Virus record (IMG/VR): IMGVR_UViG_3300045988_004573
Location: 33,869 to 97,868 of that record
Source: a virus
Strand: one strand, 5' to 3'
Length of the DNA: 64,000 bases
The notes below the pieces were generated by a model that had not been told where the DNA came from, did not search any database, and saw only the letters and a list, made by a program, of their open reading frames with translations. The translations under genes and the position numbers were made by a program. Below, in pieces: positions 1 through 9,623 of this stretch. Positions within the stretch are counted from its first letter, which is position 1. Every line of letters starts with the position of its first letter.

Positions 1-1
1 C

Positions 2-472
2 GTAAGGCATCTGATAAGAGACAAGAAACTCAAGTTCAACTTCATCAGAGGAAGCTATGGCTTTGCAATGTCCTACCTTGACTATAGAATACTCATTAGT
101 AATGAGTTCATCAAGTGGTACAACCTGAGATATAACTTAGGAACTTCTACTGCAAGTTATAATAACTTAGTTAGTAGGGGAATACTGAAAGAATGTATCA
201 TCAACAATGGTAAGATACAGTATTTCAGGAACACAGGGAGAAGTGGTGAGGACTATGGCAGGTATGAGGGTGCTGAGGTGTGTGTATTCAAAGGCAGACC
301 TATCACCATACATATAGTGGATAGTTCTACTGATACACTTAATAAAACAGTATTAGTCAGTGCAGGTATTGCTGAGGAAATAGCTAAAGCAGTGCTTACA
401 ATAGTAAATTACAAGTATGGAAGAGAACAAAGAGAAGAAGCTGGAATTAGTACACCAGCAATCTATCTATAA
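2..472 (+). CDS. hypothetical protein, probably the 3' part of a gene starting left of the window
   Basis: The frame of ORF 68..472 has no stop back to nt 2, so ATG 68 may be internal. Stop TAA 470..472 abuts ATG 474. No motif recognised. Confidence 0.45.
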   Translation, partial: VRHLIRDKKLKFNFIRGSYGFAMSYLDYRILISNEFIKWYNLRYNLGTSTASYNNLVSRGILKECIINNGKIQYFRNTGRSGEDYGRYEGAEVCVFKGRPITIHIVDSSTDTLNKTVLVSAGIAEEIAKAVLTIVNYKYGREQREEAGISTPAIYL

Positions 473-473
473 G

Positions 474-1619
474 ATGGTAATCCCTCAGGAGGTTGAGAAG
501 AAGATAAGACTTCTGTGTAGGGAGATACACAATGTGGAATGGTCTGGAGTACTGTTCTACAAGGTAAGTGGTTCATTTGAGGATAAGTCTTTGACAATCA
601 CTTGTGTAGACTTGTTCCAGATGGATGAAGGTACTGGAGGATATACTGAATATGATATGTCCCCAGATGTCATGGGTTATATGGTAGACCATCCTGAGCT
701 GCTTGATGCAGGTGTATATCAGGGACTTATCCATAGTCATAACAACATGGCTACATTCTTTAGTGGTACTGATACAGCTACCTTGCAGTCAGAAGGCAGT
801 GATATGAACCACTTTGTATCACTGATTGTGAACAATGCTGGTAAATATACAGCAGGAGTGACTAGGAAGGCTAAGCTCAAACAGACAGTCAATGAGGAGT
901 TCACCTATCCCACATGGGGTGATGAGAGAGTATCTGGCAATAGAACCTTTACAGTAGAGAAGGAGTATATCCAATGGTTTAACCTTGACATTGAGATTGA
1001 AGGAGTCAGTAATGACTTTGAAGAGGAAATGCTTGCAAGGATTAAGGAGATTAGGGCAACTAAGTCTAGTAAGAGGAACATTGAGAATGTCAGAAGTCCT
1101 TACTATGGCGGAGGCTATAAGAAAGAGGAATATGGCAAGCACCCAATAGGTTCTTATGGTAATCCTAAGGGATATACAGTACCTGCTGGACCAGCTAATA
1201 CTCCTATCAAGAGAGAGGTTAAGCAACCTACACTCTTTGATGATACTAATGAGGAGTTTATGATTGACTATGAGAAGTTCAAACTCAATGAGGAGATAGT
1301 GGACTGGGTGGTTAAGCAGACCATCACTTGTAGTGTAATCATTCCTAACTCCAGTAACATTGATGTAGAGAAGTGGGCTAGGTCTATGGATTCTCTGTAT
1401 AAGAAGAGATTTGCAGATAAGAAGGAGTTTGAAGCCTTTGCATCAAACTTTGTAGACTTTGTGGTTAACTATACAGAAGACCCAGAGGCTGCTGCTTTCT
1501 TGGATGCTACAGAGATGGCTGCTGTATTGGCTTATCAGGTAAGAGAGAAACTGAACACCCTGCCTAAGAATGAATGGCTGGATGCTTGGATGGAATTGTA
1601 TGATGATTATATACTGTAA
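474..1619 (+). CDS. JAB/MPN+ (JAMM) metalloprotease-domain protein with a long C-terminal extension
   Basis: JAMM signature HSH-x7-S-xx-D (HSHNNMATFFSGTD, nt 732..773) with an upstream Glu context (NVEWSGVLFYK). Start set at ATG 474 right after the upstream stop, not the track start 417. Confidence 0.7.
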   Translation: MVIPQEVEKKIRLLCREIHNVEWSGVLFYKVSGSFEDKSLTITCVDLFQMDEGTGGYTEYDMSPDVMGYMVDHPELLDAGVYQGLIHSHNNMATFFSGTDTATLQSEGSDMNHFVSLIVNNAGKYTAGVTRKAKLKQTVNEEFTYPTWGDERVSGNRTFTVEKEYIQWFNLDIEIEGVSNDFEEEMLARIKEIRATKSSKRNIENVRSPYYGGGYKKEEYGKHPIGSYGNPKGYTVPAGPANTPIKREVKQPTLFDDTNEEFMIDYEKFKLNEEIVDWVVKQTITCSVIIPNSSNIDVEKWARSMDSLYKKRFADKKEFEAFASNFVDFVVNYTEDPEAAAFLDATEMAAVLAYQVREKLNTLPKNEWLDAWMELYDDYIL

Positions 1620-1621
1620 GT

Positions 1622-2794
1622 ATGGAAGATATAGTAAGTGAAGTAACTGCTCAGGCTCTTAATCAGTTAGCTGATAGAAGCGTAGAGCAGGCTCGTCAAG
1701 AGTTTGAAAGAGCTATGGAGGAAGATACCAATGCACTTCCTATCAATGCCTTTGGTGGAACTCTGTCTCCTGTAGGTTCTGCTGGAGAGTTACACTATAT
1801 ATGTACTCTTCTTAGAGACCATAGGGCAGAGCTGTCAGTTGATGAATTGATAGATAGAGACAATCTTGTCTATAATGTGCAGATAAATGAGGAGAATGGT
1901 CAGCACCATGACTATTGGGTCAATGACTATTGGCACAATCAGTTACTCATAGCTGCTGGAGTTATGGATGAGGTAATGCCTGAGGAGGCTCAGTTGAGTC
2001 CAGAAGAGGAAGCAATGTTAGCAGCAGCATTGGAGAGTGAGCATCAAGAGATACCTGTAAATTCACAGACAATCACTGTAGATGAGACTACAAGTAGATT
2101 CAGTGGTGCTATATGGTATGAGCAAATACAACAGCAGACTGTCACTTTGGCAGGTGTTGGAGGTATTGGCAGTTATGTAGGTTTCCTGTTAGGTAGATTG
2201 AAGCCTCAGAGACTTATCATATATGACCCTGACAGGGTTGAGACTGTCAATATGTCAGGTCAGTTGTATGGTCAGACAGATGTTGGTAATTATAAGAGTT
2301 TAGCCCTTGCCAATATGGTCAGAAACTATGCTAACTATAACAATATAGTGGCATTGAATGACAGGTTTGAGGCTAACTCTGAGGCTACTGACATTATGAT
2401 ATGTGGCTTTGACAATATGACAGCCAGAAGGACATTCTATGAGAAGTGGAAGCAGAAGGTACTGTCCTATCCTGCTGGTAGTGATAACAGGAAGAAGTGT
2501 TTGTTCATAGATGGAAGATTGGCAGCAGAAGAGTTCCAAGTACTGTCCATTCAAGGAGATGATGAAAGAGCTATGGTGGAGTATGAGGATAAGTGGCTGT
2601 TCAGTGATGCAGAAGCTGAGGAGACTATATGCTCCTATAAGCAGACTACTTTCATGGCTAACATGATAGCATCAGTGATGGTCAATGTCTTTGTGAACTT
2701 CGTGGCTAACCAGTGTGGTCCTATCATAGACAGGGATGTTCCTTTCTTCATATCCTATGATGCAAGTACAATGTTTACTAAAGTTGAAATGTAA
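1622..2794 (+). CDS. ThiF/MoeB/E1-like adenylyltransferase-fold protein
   Basis: Rossmann glycine loop LAGVGGIGSYVG, then RLIIYDPDRVETVNMSGQ and ICGFDNMTARR, which are typical ThiF/E1 signatures. About 165 aa of unknown acidic N-terminal region. Starts 2 nt after the JAB stop. Confidence 0.75.
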   Translation: MEDIVSEVTAQALNQLADRSVEQARQEFERAMEEDTNALPINAFGGTLSPVGSAGELHYICTLLRDHRAELSVDELIDRDNLVYNVQINEENGQHHDYWVNDYWHNQLLIAAGVMDEVMPEEAQLSPEEEAMLAAALESEHQEIPVNSQTITVDETTSRFSGAIWYEQIQQQTVTLAGVGGIGSYVGFLLGRLKPQRLIIYDPDRVETVNMSGQLYGQTDVGNYKSLALANMVRNYANYNNIVALNDRFEANSEATDIMICGFDNMTARRTFYEKWKQKVLSYPAGSDNRKKCLFIDGRLAAEEFQVLSIQGDDERAMVEYEDKWLFSDAEAEETICSYKQTTFMANMIASVMVNVFVNFVANQCGPIIDRDVPFFISYDASTMFTKVEM

Positions 2795-3594
2795 TGCAAA
2801 GAGTGAGTAGTAGAATGAGTTATACTATTGAGCATATGTATAACTCAAGGGGAGATATAGCTCCCTATAGCAGTCCAGATGCTAGACTAGTCAATTACTC
2901 TATGCACACTGTGTTCCCATCATTCTTTAGGGTTTCCTTACAAGGAGATAAGATTGAGCTTCCTATATTTGCCAAGGAGTATGTGCAAGGCAAGCTCCTT
3001 GAAAGGTTGGAAAATAGAGGAAACCCTATGAGAAGAAGTGACATTATCATACACTTCCACATTGTAGAGAGTAACTATGCTCCCTATAGGACAGCAGATG
3101 CTTTAATCAGGAATCTGGTGGAGTTCAACTCCAGTAGAAGAGGTATGTATCTAACTGCCAGTACCAATAAAGGAGAGACATATCATGGATGTAATGGTAC
3201 TATATTCAATAAGGATATGGTTCCACTTATTTTCAATGTCATAGAATGTGAGATTGTGGATAATACTCTTGTATATAAGAGAGTCAAGAGTTACATACAT
3301 CCATCAGTATTCTATTCTGATGGTACTGTGGAGAAGTGTATAGCCAACAAGATTATCCCATTTGTCATGCAGAATGGTATAGAGATAAGACCCTATGACT
3401 CAAGGGTAGTTGATAACATCAGCTATGTGGGTACAGGAAGAATCAGGAAGACTATACCAGAACTGTCAGTTGCCAATGTAGCTGACAGGTTCTTCTGTAA
3501 GCCTATTCTTCCCAGTGTGGCATATAGTGATGATGACATCAATGATATGCTGAACAGGAACATTGATGATGTATTCAATATCATTGGGTTATGA
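2794..3594 (+). CDS. hypothetical protein coupled to the JAB/E1 pair
   Basis: The ATG overlaps the upstream stop (TAATG) and the stop overlaps the next ATG (ATGA). No family recognised. HPSVFYSDGTVEKC only loosely recalls a UBC HPN..C flap. Confidence 0.5.
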   Translation: MQRVSSRMSYTIEHMYNSRGDIAPYSSPDARLVNYSMHTVFPSFFRVSLQGDKIELPIFAKEYVQGKLLERLENRGNPMRRSDIIIHFHIVESNYAPYRTADALIRNLVEFNSSRRGMYLTASTNKGETYHGCNGTIFNKDMVPLIFNVIECEIVDNTLVYKRVKSYIHPSVFYSDGTVEKCIANKIIPFVMQNGIEIRPYDSRVVDNISYVGTGRIRKTIPELSVANVADRFFCKPILPSVAYSDDDINDMLNRNIDDVFNIIGL

Positions 3595-4301
3595 CACTTG
3601 AGGAATACTTTGGTGATTGGCTTAGAGTGATTGACAGAGCAGAGTTGGATAAGGTATTGACACTCCTTAACAGGATGTATAGGGTAAAACCTATATGTCC
3701 TGCACAGGAGAATGTATTCAAGGCATTCAACTTGTGTAAGTACCGTGACTGTAAGGTGGTATTCATAGGTCAAGACCCATACCCTCAGAAGGGTGTGGCT
3801 ACTGGCATATTGTTTGGGAATGATGCAAGTACTAGAGAAGATGACTGGTCTCCTTCATTAAAAATTGTTAGAGATTCAGTTATAGACTTGCGCAGACCAC
3901 ATAATTTGATTACCTTTGACCCCACCTTAGAGTCATGGGCTAAGCAAGGCATCCTTATGATTAACTCTGCTTTGACCGCGGAGATGAATAAGGTAGGCTC
4001 ACACACTATGTTGTGGAGACCTTTCATCTCAAAGCTGCTAAAGAAGATGTCTGAGTATGACACTGGTATGATATATGTGTTGTTTGGTGGTACTGCCCGT
4101 ACCTTCAAGCCATATATAGGAAAGTATAATGATGTGATAGAGATAGAGCATCCTGCATGCTTTGCAAGAATCAACCAAGACATGCCCTCAGATATATTCT
4201 ATGAGATTAACAAACTATTAAAAGCAAGGTATAACACCACTATTAAATGGTATGATGAGGAACAGTGCAATGGAGATATGGAAGAGTATAACAGGCTATG
4301 A
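3591..4301 (+). CDS. ung: uracil-DNA glycosylase (family 1-like)
   Basis: VVFIGQDPYP (GQDPY motif), GILMINSALT, and the His-Pro of IEHPACF near the C-terminus. Confidence 0.8.
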   Translation: MTLEEYFGDWLRVIDRAELDKVLTLLNRMYRVKPICPAQENVFKAFNLCKYRDCKVVFIGQDPYPQKGVATGILFGNDASTREDDWSPSLKIVRDSVIDLRRPHNLITFDPTLESWAKQGILMINSALTAEMNKVGSHTMLWRPFISKLLKKMSEYDTGMIYVLFGGTARTFKPYIGKYNDVIEIEHPACFARINQDMPSDIFYEINKLLKARYNTTIKWYDEEQCNGDMEEYNRL

Positions 4302-4767
4302 TAACTTATATGAAGTAAGTAACCTTGGTAGAGTAAAGTCTCTTAAGAGAGTACCTAATACTATCTTGAAACCGTCTAGTAATGGTAGGTATTTGCAACT
4401 AGTACTGCACAAGGATGGCAGTAAGAGTAAGAAATACATACACAGACTAGTGGCAGAGGCTTTTATATCTAACCCTTATGGCTTTTCAGAGGTAAATCAT
4501 AAGGATGAGGACAAAACCAACAATAATGTATCTAACTTGGAATGGTGTGATAGCACATACAATAACACATATAATCAGAGACATATCAAATCAAGAGAGT
4601 CTTTGAAGAAACCAATTATAGTTAGAGATATTAGTGGGGAGATTATAGCGGAGTATTCTTCAATATCCCAAGCATCTATTGCTCTTAATATGGACAAGAG
4701 CAATATATCAAAATGCTGTAGAGGTGTTATGTGTTCCTATAAAAGTTTAACATTTTCCTATAAATAG
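4270..4767 (+). CDS. HNH homing endonuclease (NUMOD4 + HNH + C-terminal HTH)
   Basis: WKSITGYDNLYEVSNLGRVKS (NUMOD4-like), HRLVAEAF..VNHKDEDKTNNNVSNLEW (HNH core) and SISQASIALNMDKSNISKCC (NUMOD1/IENR-like). Start at ATG 4270, overlapping the UDG 3' end. Confidence 0.75.
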   Translation: MEIWKSITGYDNLYEVSNLGRVKSLKRVPNTILKPSSNGRYLQLVLHKDGSKSKKYIHRLVAEAFISNPYGFSEVNHKDEDKTNNNVSNLEWCDSTYNNTYNQRHIKSRESLKKPIIVRDISGEIIAEYSSISQASIALNMDKSNISKCCRGVMCSYKSLTFSYK

Positions 4768-4781
4768 AAGAAAAAAAAAAT

Positions 4782-5315
4782 ATGAACAAGTTGAAACTGA
4801 AAGAGACTGGTAAAGAAGTCAAGATGGGTGAGAAGCTCATCAAAGTTGTGGAATTGTTTGGCGTTCCTGTACCTGTAGCACAAGTAGAGGTCAATGAAAC
4901 TACTCTTCCTGACCTTATCAAGCATGGTATAGTAGTAGCGGAGGGTTCTGATAGTGACATTGATGTTACTATTGAGAGTGCAGTACAGCATCTGGCTAAT
5001 AGGATTGGCTGGAACAAAGAGAACCTTGAGAAGTACTTCAACAACCTCTATAAGATTAGCCCTGCTGCTGTCTTTGAGATTGTATTGAAGGAAGTGGCTA
5101 TCCTGCTTGATGAGAGATACCCTGACCACATCAGCAACAGTAAGGAGATTTGGGTAATCAATAAGGTCAATGGAGAGATTCAGAAACTCAAAGACCTGAG
5201 CAAAATCAAGAGCTTCCAGCACTTTGCAGCATTCAGAAGCCTTGAGGATGCTCTTGTAGCCAAGAGAGTGATGGCTCCTGCATTGAAGGACTTGTATGGA
5301 AAACAGAAGAATTAA
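4782..5315 (+). CDS. hypothetical protein
   Basis: 177-aa ORF co-oriented with its neighbours, preceded by an A10 run. No motif recognised. Confidence 0.5.
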   Translation: MNKLKLKETGKEVKMGEKLIKVVELFGVPVPVAQVEVNETTLPDLIKHGIVVAEGSDSDIDVTIESAVQHLANRIGWNKENLEKYFNNLYKISPAAVFEIVLKEVAILLDERYPDHISNSKEIWVINKVNGEIQKLKDLSKIKSFQHFAAFRSLEDALVAKRVMAPALKDLYGKQKN

Positions 5316-5748
5316 AGGTGCTACGCCTTTAGTTGTTGATGACATCAAGTTTAAGTCCAAGATTGAGGCAAGTGTATATAAGCACTTGCTTCAAGCTGGA
5401 TTTAACCCAGTGTATGAGGGTATGAAGTTCACTATATGGAGTGGCTTCAAGCCTACAGTCCCATTCTATACAAGGATAGGGCGAAGCAATGGGCTTAATA
5501 TGAAGAAAACTATAGACATCACCTATACCCCAGACTTTACATTCATGTATAATGGTAAGCTAATTATCATAGAGGTCAAAGGGTTACAGAATGATGTCTT
5601 TCCATATAAGTTTAAGATGTTCAGAGGTATGCTTGAGAGAGAACCTTATGTAGGCAATACCCTACTGTTTGAGATATTCAGCATCAAGCAACTAAAGGAG
5701 TGTATAGAAATCATAAAATCTTATGACTCCAATACAAAGGCTAAATAG
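5296..5748 (+). CDS. T7 endonuclease I-like Holliday junction resolvase
   Basis: FKSKIEASVYKHLLQAGF..YE, YTPDF and IIIEVKG match the PD-(D/E)XK core of T7 gene 3 protein (..YTPDF..ETKG). Confidence 0.65.
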   Translation: MENRRIKGATPLVVDDIKFKSKIEASVYKHLLQAGFNPVYEGMKFTIWSGFKPTVPFYTRIGRSNGLNMKKTIDITYTPDFTFMYNGKLIIIEVKGLQNDVFPYKFKMFRGMLEREPYVGNTLLFEIFSIKQLKECIEIIKSYDSNTKAK

Positions 5749-6007
5749 TTTGGTAAAGTCATTCCCAGAGAAGGATAGGGAATTGATGCAGAAGATGTTA
5801 GATGAAAGGAAGTTTGAAGACTTGTGGGAACTTGTGAAGTCCTCTATCTATATGGTGAGGAAGTACAAGGACAAGTATGAGGCTGACCTTACTGACATGA
5901 CTGTGTTCAAGTCTGAACTATCCTCCTATATGGACCAGTTAGGTCTGGGGGATGATGAGGAGTTTGAGGATGAGGAAGAAATGATTGACACTTATGAAGA
6001 GTATTAG
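5723..6007 (+). CDS. hypothetical acidic protein
   Basis: 94-aa ORF with an acidic C-terminus (DDEEFEDEEEMID). Overlaps both neighbours. Confidence 0.4.
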   Translation: MTPIQRLNSLVKSFPEKDRELMQKMLDERKFEDLWELVKSSIYMVRKYKDKYEADLTDMTVFKSELSSYMDQLGLGDDEEFEDEEEMIDTYEEY

Positions 6008-7031
6008 AGAACTGGCATGGAATGTGGATGAACCAACCTATAGGGCTGATAGTGCTATAAGCTACTCAACTCTAAGCAGGTTTGAGAGGGAAGGATGGAG
6101 AAAGCTTGGCTCACTCTTTGATAAGATTGAGACACCTTCACTCACATTTGGAAGTGCTGTTGATACTAAGCTGACTGATGGGGATGAGGCATTCAATGAA
6201 AGGTTCATTGTATGTGACTTCCCACCATTGTCAGATACATTGATAAGCATTACAAAGTTCCTCCACAAGAACTTCCATGAGAACCATAGGAAACTCAGCA
6301 TGATAGATGATGCTGAGATAAGCAGGGCTGCACTGATGTTCAACTATTATGCTAATCCCAAGTATGAGAACTTTAGGGTAAAGAGTATTAAGGAGAGCTG
6401 TGATGAGTATTACTCATTACTCACATTAGCAGGAGACAAGACTGTGCTATCACAGAATGACTATGCTGATGTAATGGCTTGTGTGGATGAGTTAAAGACC
6501 AATCCAGCAACCAAGTACTTCTTTAGCTCAAATCCCTTTGAGACTCACATTGAGAAGGTGTTCCAGTTGAAGTTCAGGGCAGAGTTCCAAGGCATACCTG
6601 TCAGATGTATGTTTGATGAGATTATTGTAGACCATGAGAAGAAGATGATATACCCTATAGACTTAAAGACCACAGGTCATCCTGAGGAAGAGTTTGAAGG
6701 GTCTTTCTCTCAATGGAGATATGATATTCAAGCCAAGTTATATACCTATATATTACAGGAGTGTATCAAGAATGATGAGTACTTCAAGGATTTCAAGATA
6801 CAGCCCTATCAGTTTGTGGTTATAAACAGAAGGACTGTAGCTCCTATTGTATGGGTGTATGAAGGGAACTTTGGACAGGTAGACCTTAGAGATGAGAAAG
6901 GTAATATATTGAGGGATTGGAGGAAGATACTCGATGAACTCCATTATTACCTGAGATATGCTGGCAAGTACAGTATAAGGGCAATAGCAAATAACTGTGT
7001 ATTAAAGATAAGTAATTTGACACCATGTTGA
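5994..7031 (+). CDS. PD-(D/E)XK (Cas4/RecB-like) exonuclease
   Basis: FDEIIVD.., PIDLKTT (D-x-K) and RYDIQAKLY (QxxxY) are arranged as in RecB/Cas4-type nucleases. ATG 5994 preferred over the TTG track start 5985. Confidence 0.6.
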   Translation: MKSIRELAWNVDEPTYRADSAISYSTLSRFEREGWRKLGSLFDKIETPSLTFGSAVDTKLTDGDEAFNERFIVCDFPPLSDTLISITKFLHKNFHENHRKLSMIDDAEISRAALMFNYYANPKYENFRVKSIKESCDEYYSLLTLAGDKTVLSQNDYADVMACVDELKTNPATKYFFSSNPFETHIEKVFQLKFRAEFQGIPVRCMFDEIIVDHEKKMIYPIDLKTTGHPEEEFEGSFSQWRYDIQAKLYTYILQECIKNDEYFKDFKIQPYQFVVINRRTVAPIVWVYEGNFGQVDLRDEKGNILRDWRKILDELHYYLRYAGKYSIRAIANNCVLKISNLTPC

Positions 7032-9184
7032 AAGTAGTTAAGAGAGACGGAAGTATTGAGGACTTTAATGTCCAGAAGGTAGTCAATGCAGTCCAGAAGG
7101 CATTTGCATCAGTAGGGTGTGAGCTACCTGAGTATCTGAACACAATGATACCTGCCTTATTTGAAGAGGGAGATGTCATTGGTGTAGAGGATATACAGGA
7201 TAGAGTAGAGCAACTACTGATGAATGACAAGCACTTCAAGGCTGCTAAGTCATATATCCTGTATAGAGAGAAGCACAAGCAGGCTAGGTTTATCAAGGAG
7301 AGGATTGACTATATGGATAAGTACAGTCAGTCCAATGAGAATGCAGCCACTTCATCAGAGACAGATGCCAATGCAAATGTCACTATGAAGAATGTAGCTA
7401 ACCTTGAGGGAGAGGTCTATAAGACCACTAATAGAGTAGTGCAGAGACAAAGGATGAAGGATGAGCTGAATAAGTTATATCCAGAGGTAGCCAAGCAGTA
7501 TGAGGAGGATTTGAACCATCATATCATATACACACATGATGAGGCTACTACTCCTGTGTTGAAGCAGTATTGTATGGCAGTCTCACTATATCCTCTTATG
7601 ACAGAGGGTGTAGGTAATATAGATGGAATAACTCCTTCTGCTCCTAATGACCTACAGTCATTCAGTGGGCAAATCACCAATCTTATATTCTTACTCTCAT
7701 CACAGTGTAAGGGTGCAGTTGCAGTAGGTGAATACTTTATTGCACTGAACTATTATATTGTGCAGGAGTTTGGTACTAACTGGTATGAGAAGCTGGATGT
7801 AGTAACTGCCACAGAGCATTGCAGTAAGCAGAGAACTGTAAGGGATGCTATCTATAAGGCATTCAAGCAGTTCATCTATGGTGTAAATCAACCTGCTGGT
7901 AATAGGTCTTATCAGAGTCCATTCACCAATGTGTCATACTATGACCATACCTACTTCAACTCTTTGTTCAGTGACTTCTGCTATCCTGATGGTACTAAAC
8001 CACAGTGGGAAGCTATAGACTGCCTGCAAAGACTGTTTATGAAGTTCTTCAATAAGCTGAGAACCAAGCAGATACTTACCTTCCCTGTAGAAACTATGGC
8101 TATGGTGTATGACCCTAAGACCAATGATATTATAGATAAGGACTATAAGGACTTCACTGCTGAGATGTATGCAGAAGGTCATAGCTTCTTCACCTATATA
8201 TCAGATAGTGCTGATAGTCTTGCATCATGTTGTAGATTGAGGAATGAGCTTGCAGAGAATACTTTCAATCCTACATCAGGTCTTACTGGTGTAATGACTG
8301 GTAGCTGTAATGTTATCACTCTTAACATCAATAGGATTGTACAGGACTGGTTCAAGTCTATAGGAGGTGTTTATCCTATGGATAGATTATCTACTGACTT
8401 TAAGTCTTATCTTACATCTATACTTGAAAGAGTCTATAAGTATCACATTGCCTTCAAGACAATGCTGTATGACCTTGAGGATAGAGGTATGTTTGCTGCT
8501 TCTAATGGTGGATATATCAGAGTATCAAAGCTATACAGTACCATAGGTATCAATGGCTTGAATGAAGCTGCTAGGTTCTTGTGTCTTGAGGTATCTAACA
8601 ATAAGGACTATATTGAGTTCTTGCAGTTGGTTCTTGGTACTATTAAGGAACAGAACAAGTTACACTCTATCCATGACAGGAAGAGACCATTCCTGTTCAA
8701 TTCTGAGGTAGTTCCTGCTGAGGGATTAGGTGGTAAGAACTATAGATGGGATAAGGAAGATGGATATGTAGTTCCAGAAGATGAGAATCTGTATAACTCA
8801 TACTTCTATAATGCACATGATGATACCTCGGTGCTTGATAAGTTCATACTTCATGGAAGGCAGACTTACCAATATACTGATGGAGGTTCAGCAGCTCATA
8901 TCAATCTTGAAGACCATCTGAGTAAAGAGCAGTATCTCAAGTTGATAGACTTTGCCATAGTCAATGGAACTAATTACTTCACATTTAATATTCCTAATAG
9001 TAAGTGTGATGAATGTGGTTACATTACTAAGCATCCTATCACTGAGTGTCCTAAGTGCCATAGTAAGAACATTACCCAATATACCAGAGTGATAGGTTAT
9101 CTCAGACCTATCAAGTCATTTGGTAAGGATAGACAAATAGAAGCTAACAAAAGAGTTTACAGTAAGGATGTTGAAGTATGTTGA
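7025..9184 (+). CDS. nrdD: anaerobic ribonucleoside-triphosphate reductase
   Basis: N-terminal ATP-cone (VVKRDGSIEDFNVQKVVNAV), C-terminal zinc ribbon CDECGY..CPKC and glycyl-radical loop TRVIGYLRP. Confidence 0.9.
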   Translation: MLKVVKRDGSIEDFNVQKVVNAVQKAFASVGCELPEYLNTMIPALFEEGDVIGVEDIQDRVEQLLMNDKHFKAAKSYILYREKHKQARFIKERIDYMDKYSQSNENAATSSETDANANVTMKNVANLEGEVYKTTNRVVQRQRMKDELNKLYPEVAKQYEEDLNHHIIYTHDEATTPVLKQYCMAVSLYPLMTEGVGNIDGITPSAPNDLQSFSGQITNLIFLLSSQCKGAVAVGEYFIALNYYIVQEFGTNWYEKLDVVTATEHCSKQRTVRDAIYKAFKQFIYGVNQPAGNRSYQSPFTNVSYYDHTYFNSLFSDFCYPDGTKPQWEAIDCLQRLFMKFFNKLRTKQILTFPVETMAMVYDPKTNDIIDKDYKDFTAEMYAEGHSFFTYISDSADSLASCCRLRNELAENTFNPTSGLTGVMTGSCNVITLNINRIVQDWFKSIGGVYPMDRLSTDFKSYLTSILERVYKYHIAFKTMLYDLEDRGMFAASNGGYIRVSKLYSTIGINGLNEAARFLCLEVSNNKDYIEFLQLVLGTIKEQNKLHSIHDRKRPFLFNSEVVPAEGLGGKNYRWDKEDGYVVPEDENLYNSYFYNAHDDTSVLDKFILHGRQTYQYTDGGSAAHINLEDHLSKEQYLKLIDFAIVNGTNYFTFNIPNSKCDECGYITKHPITECPKCHSKNITQYTRVIGYLRPIKSFGKDRQIEANKRVYSKDVEVC

Positions 9185-9623
9185 TACTAAGGTAGTCTTT
9201 GCAGAGATACCTGATGAGATAACTCTTGCCATCAATATATCTAATTGTCCATGCCATTGTAAGGGCTGTCATAGTCCTTACTTGGCAGAGGATATAGGTA
9301 CTGAACTTACTTTCAATGAGTTAAGAAGGTTAATCAGGAATAACAGCGGTATTAGCTGTATAGCTTTTATGGGTGGTGATTCTGAGCCAGAGAGAATAGA
9401 TGCTTTGGCTTCTTTTGTAACCAACCATTATCAATTGAAGGTAGCTTGGTATAGTGGTAGACAAGAGCTTAGTAAGGATATTGAGCTTAGGAACTTTGAC
9501 TACATTAAACTTGGTCCATATATAGAGGAACTGGGTCCATTGAGTAGTAGGACTACCAACCAAAGACTCTATAGAGTAGAGAAAGAAGTGTTAATAGATA
9601 TAACAAATAAGTTTTGGAAATGA
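9168..9623 (+). CDS. nrdG: anaerobic RNR activating radical-SAM protein
   Basis: CPCHCKGC (CxxxCxxC), FMGGD and a C-terminal NQRLY as in T4 NrdG. Overlaps the nrdD end. Confidence 0.85.
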   Translation: MLKYVDTKVVFAEIPDEITLAINISNCPCHCKGCHSPYLAEDIGTELTFNELRRLIRNNSGISCIAFMGGDSEPERIDALASFVTNHYQLKVAWYSGRQELSKDIELRNFDYIKLGPYIEELGPLSSRTTNQRLYRVEKEVLIDITNKFWK

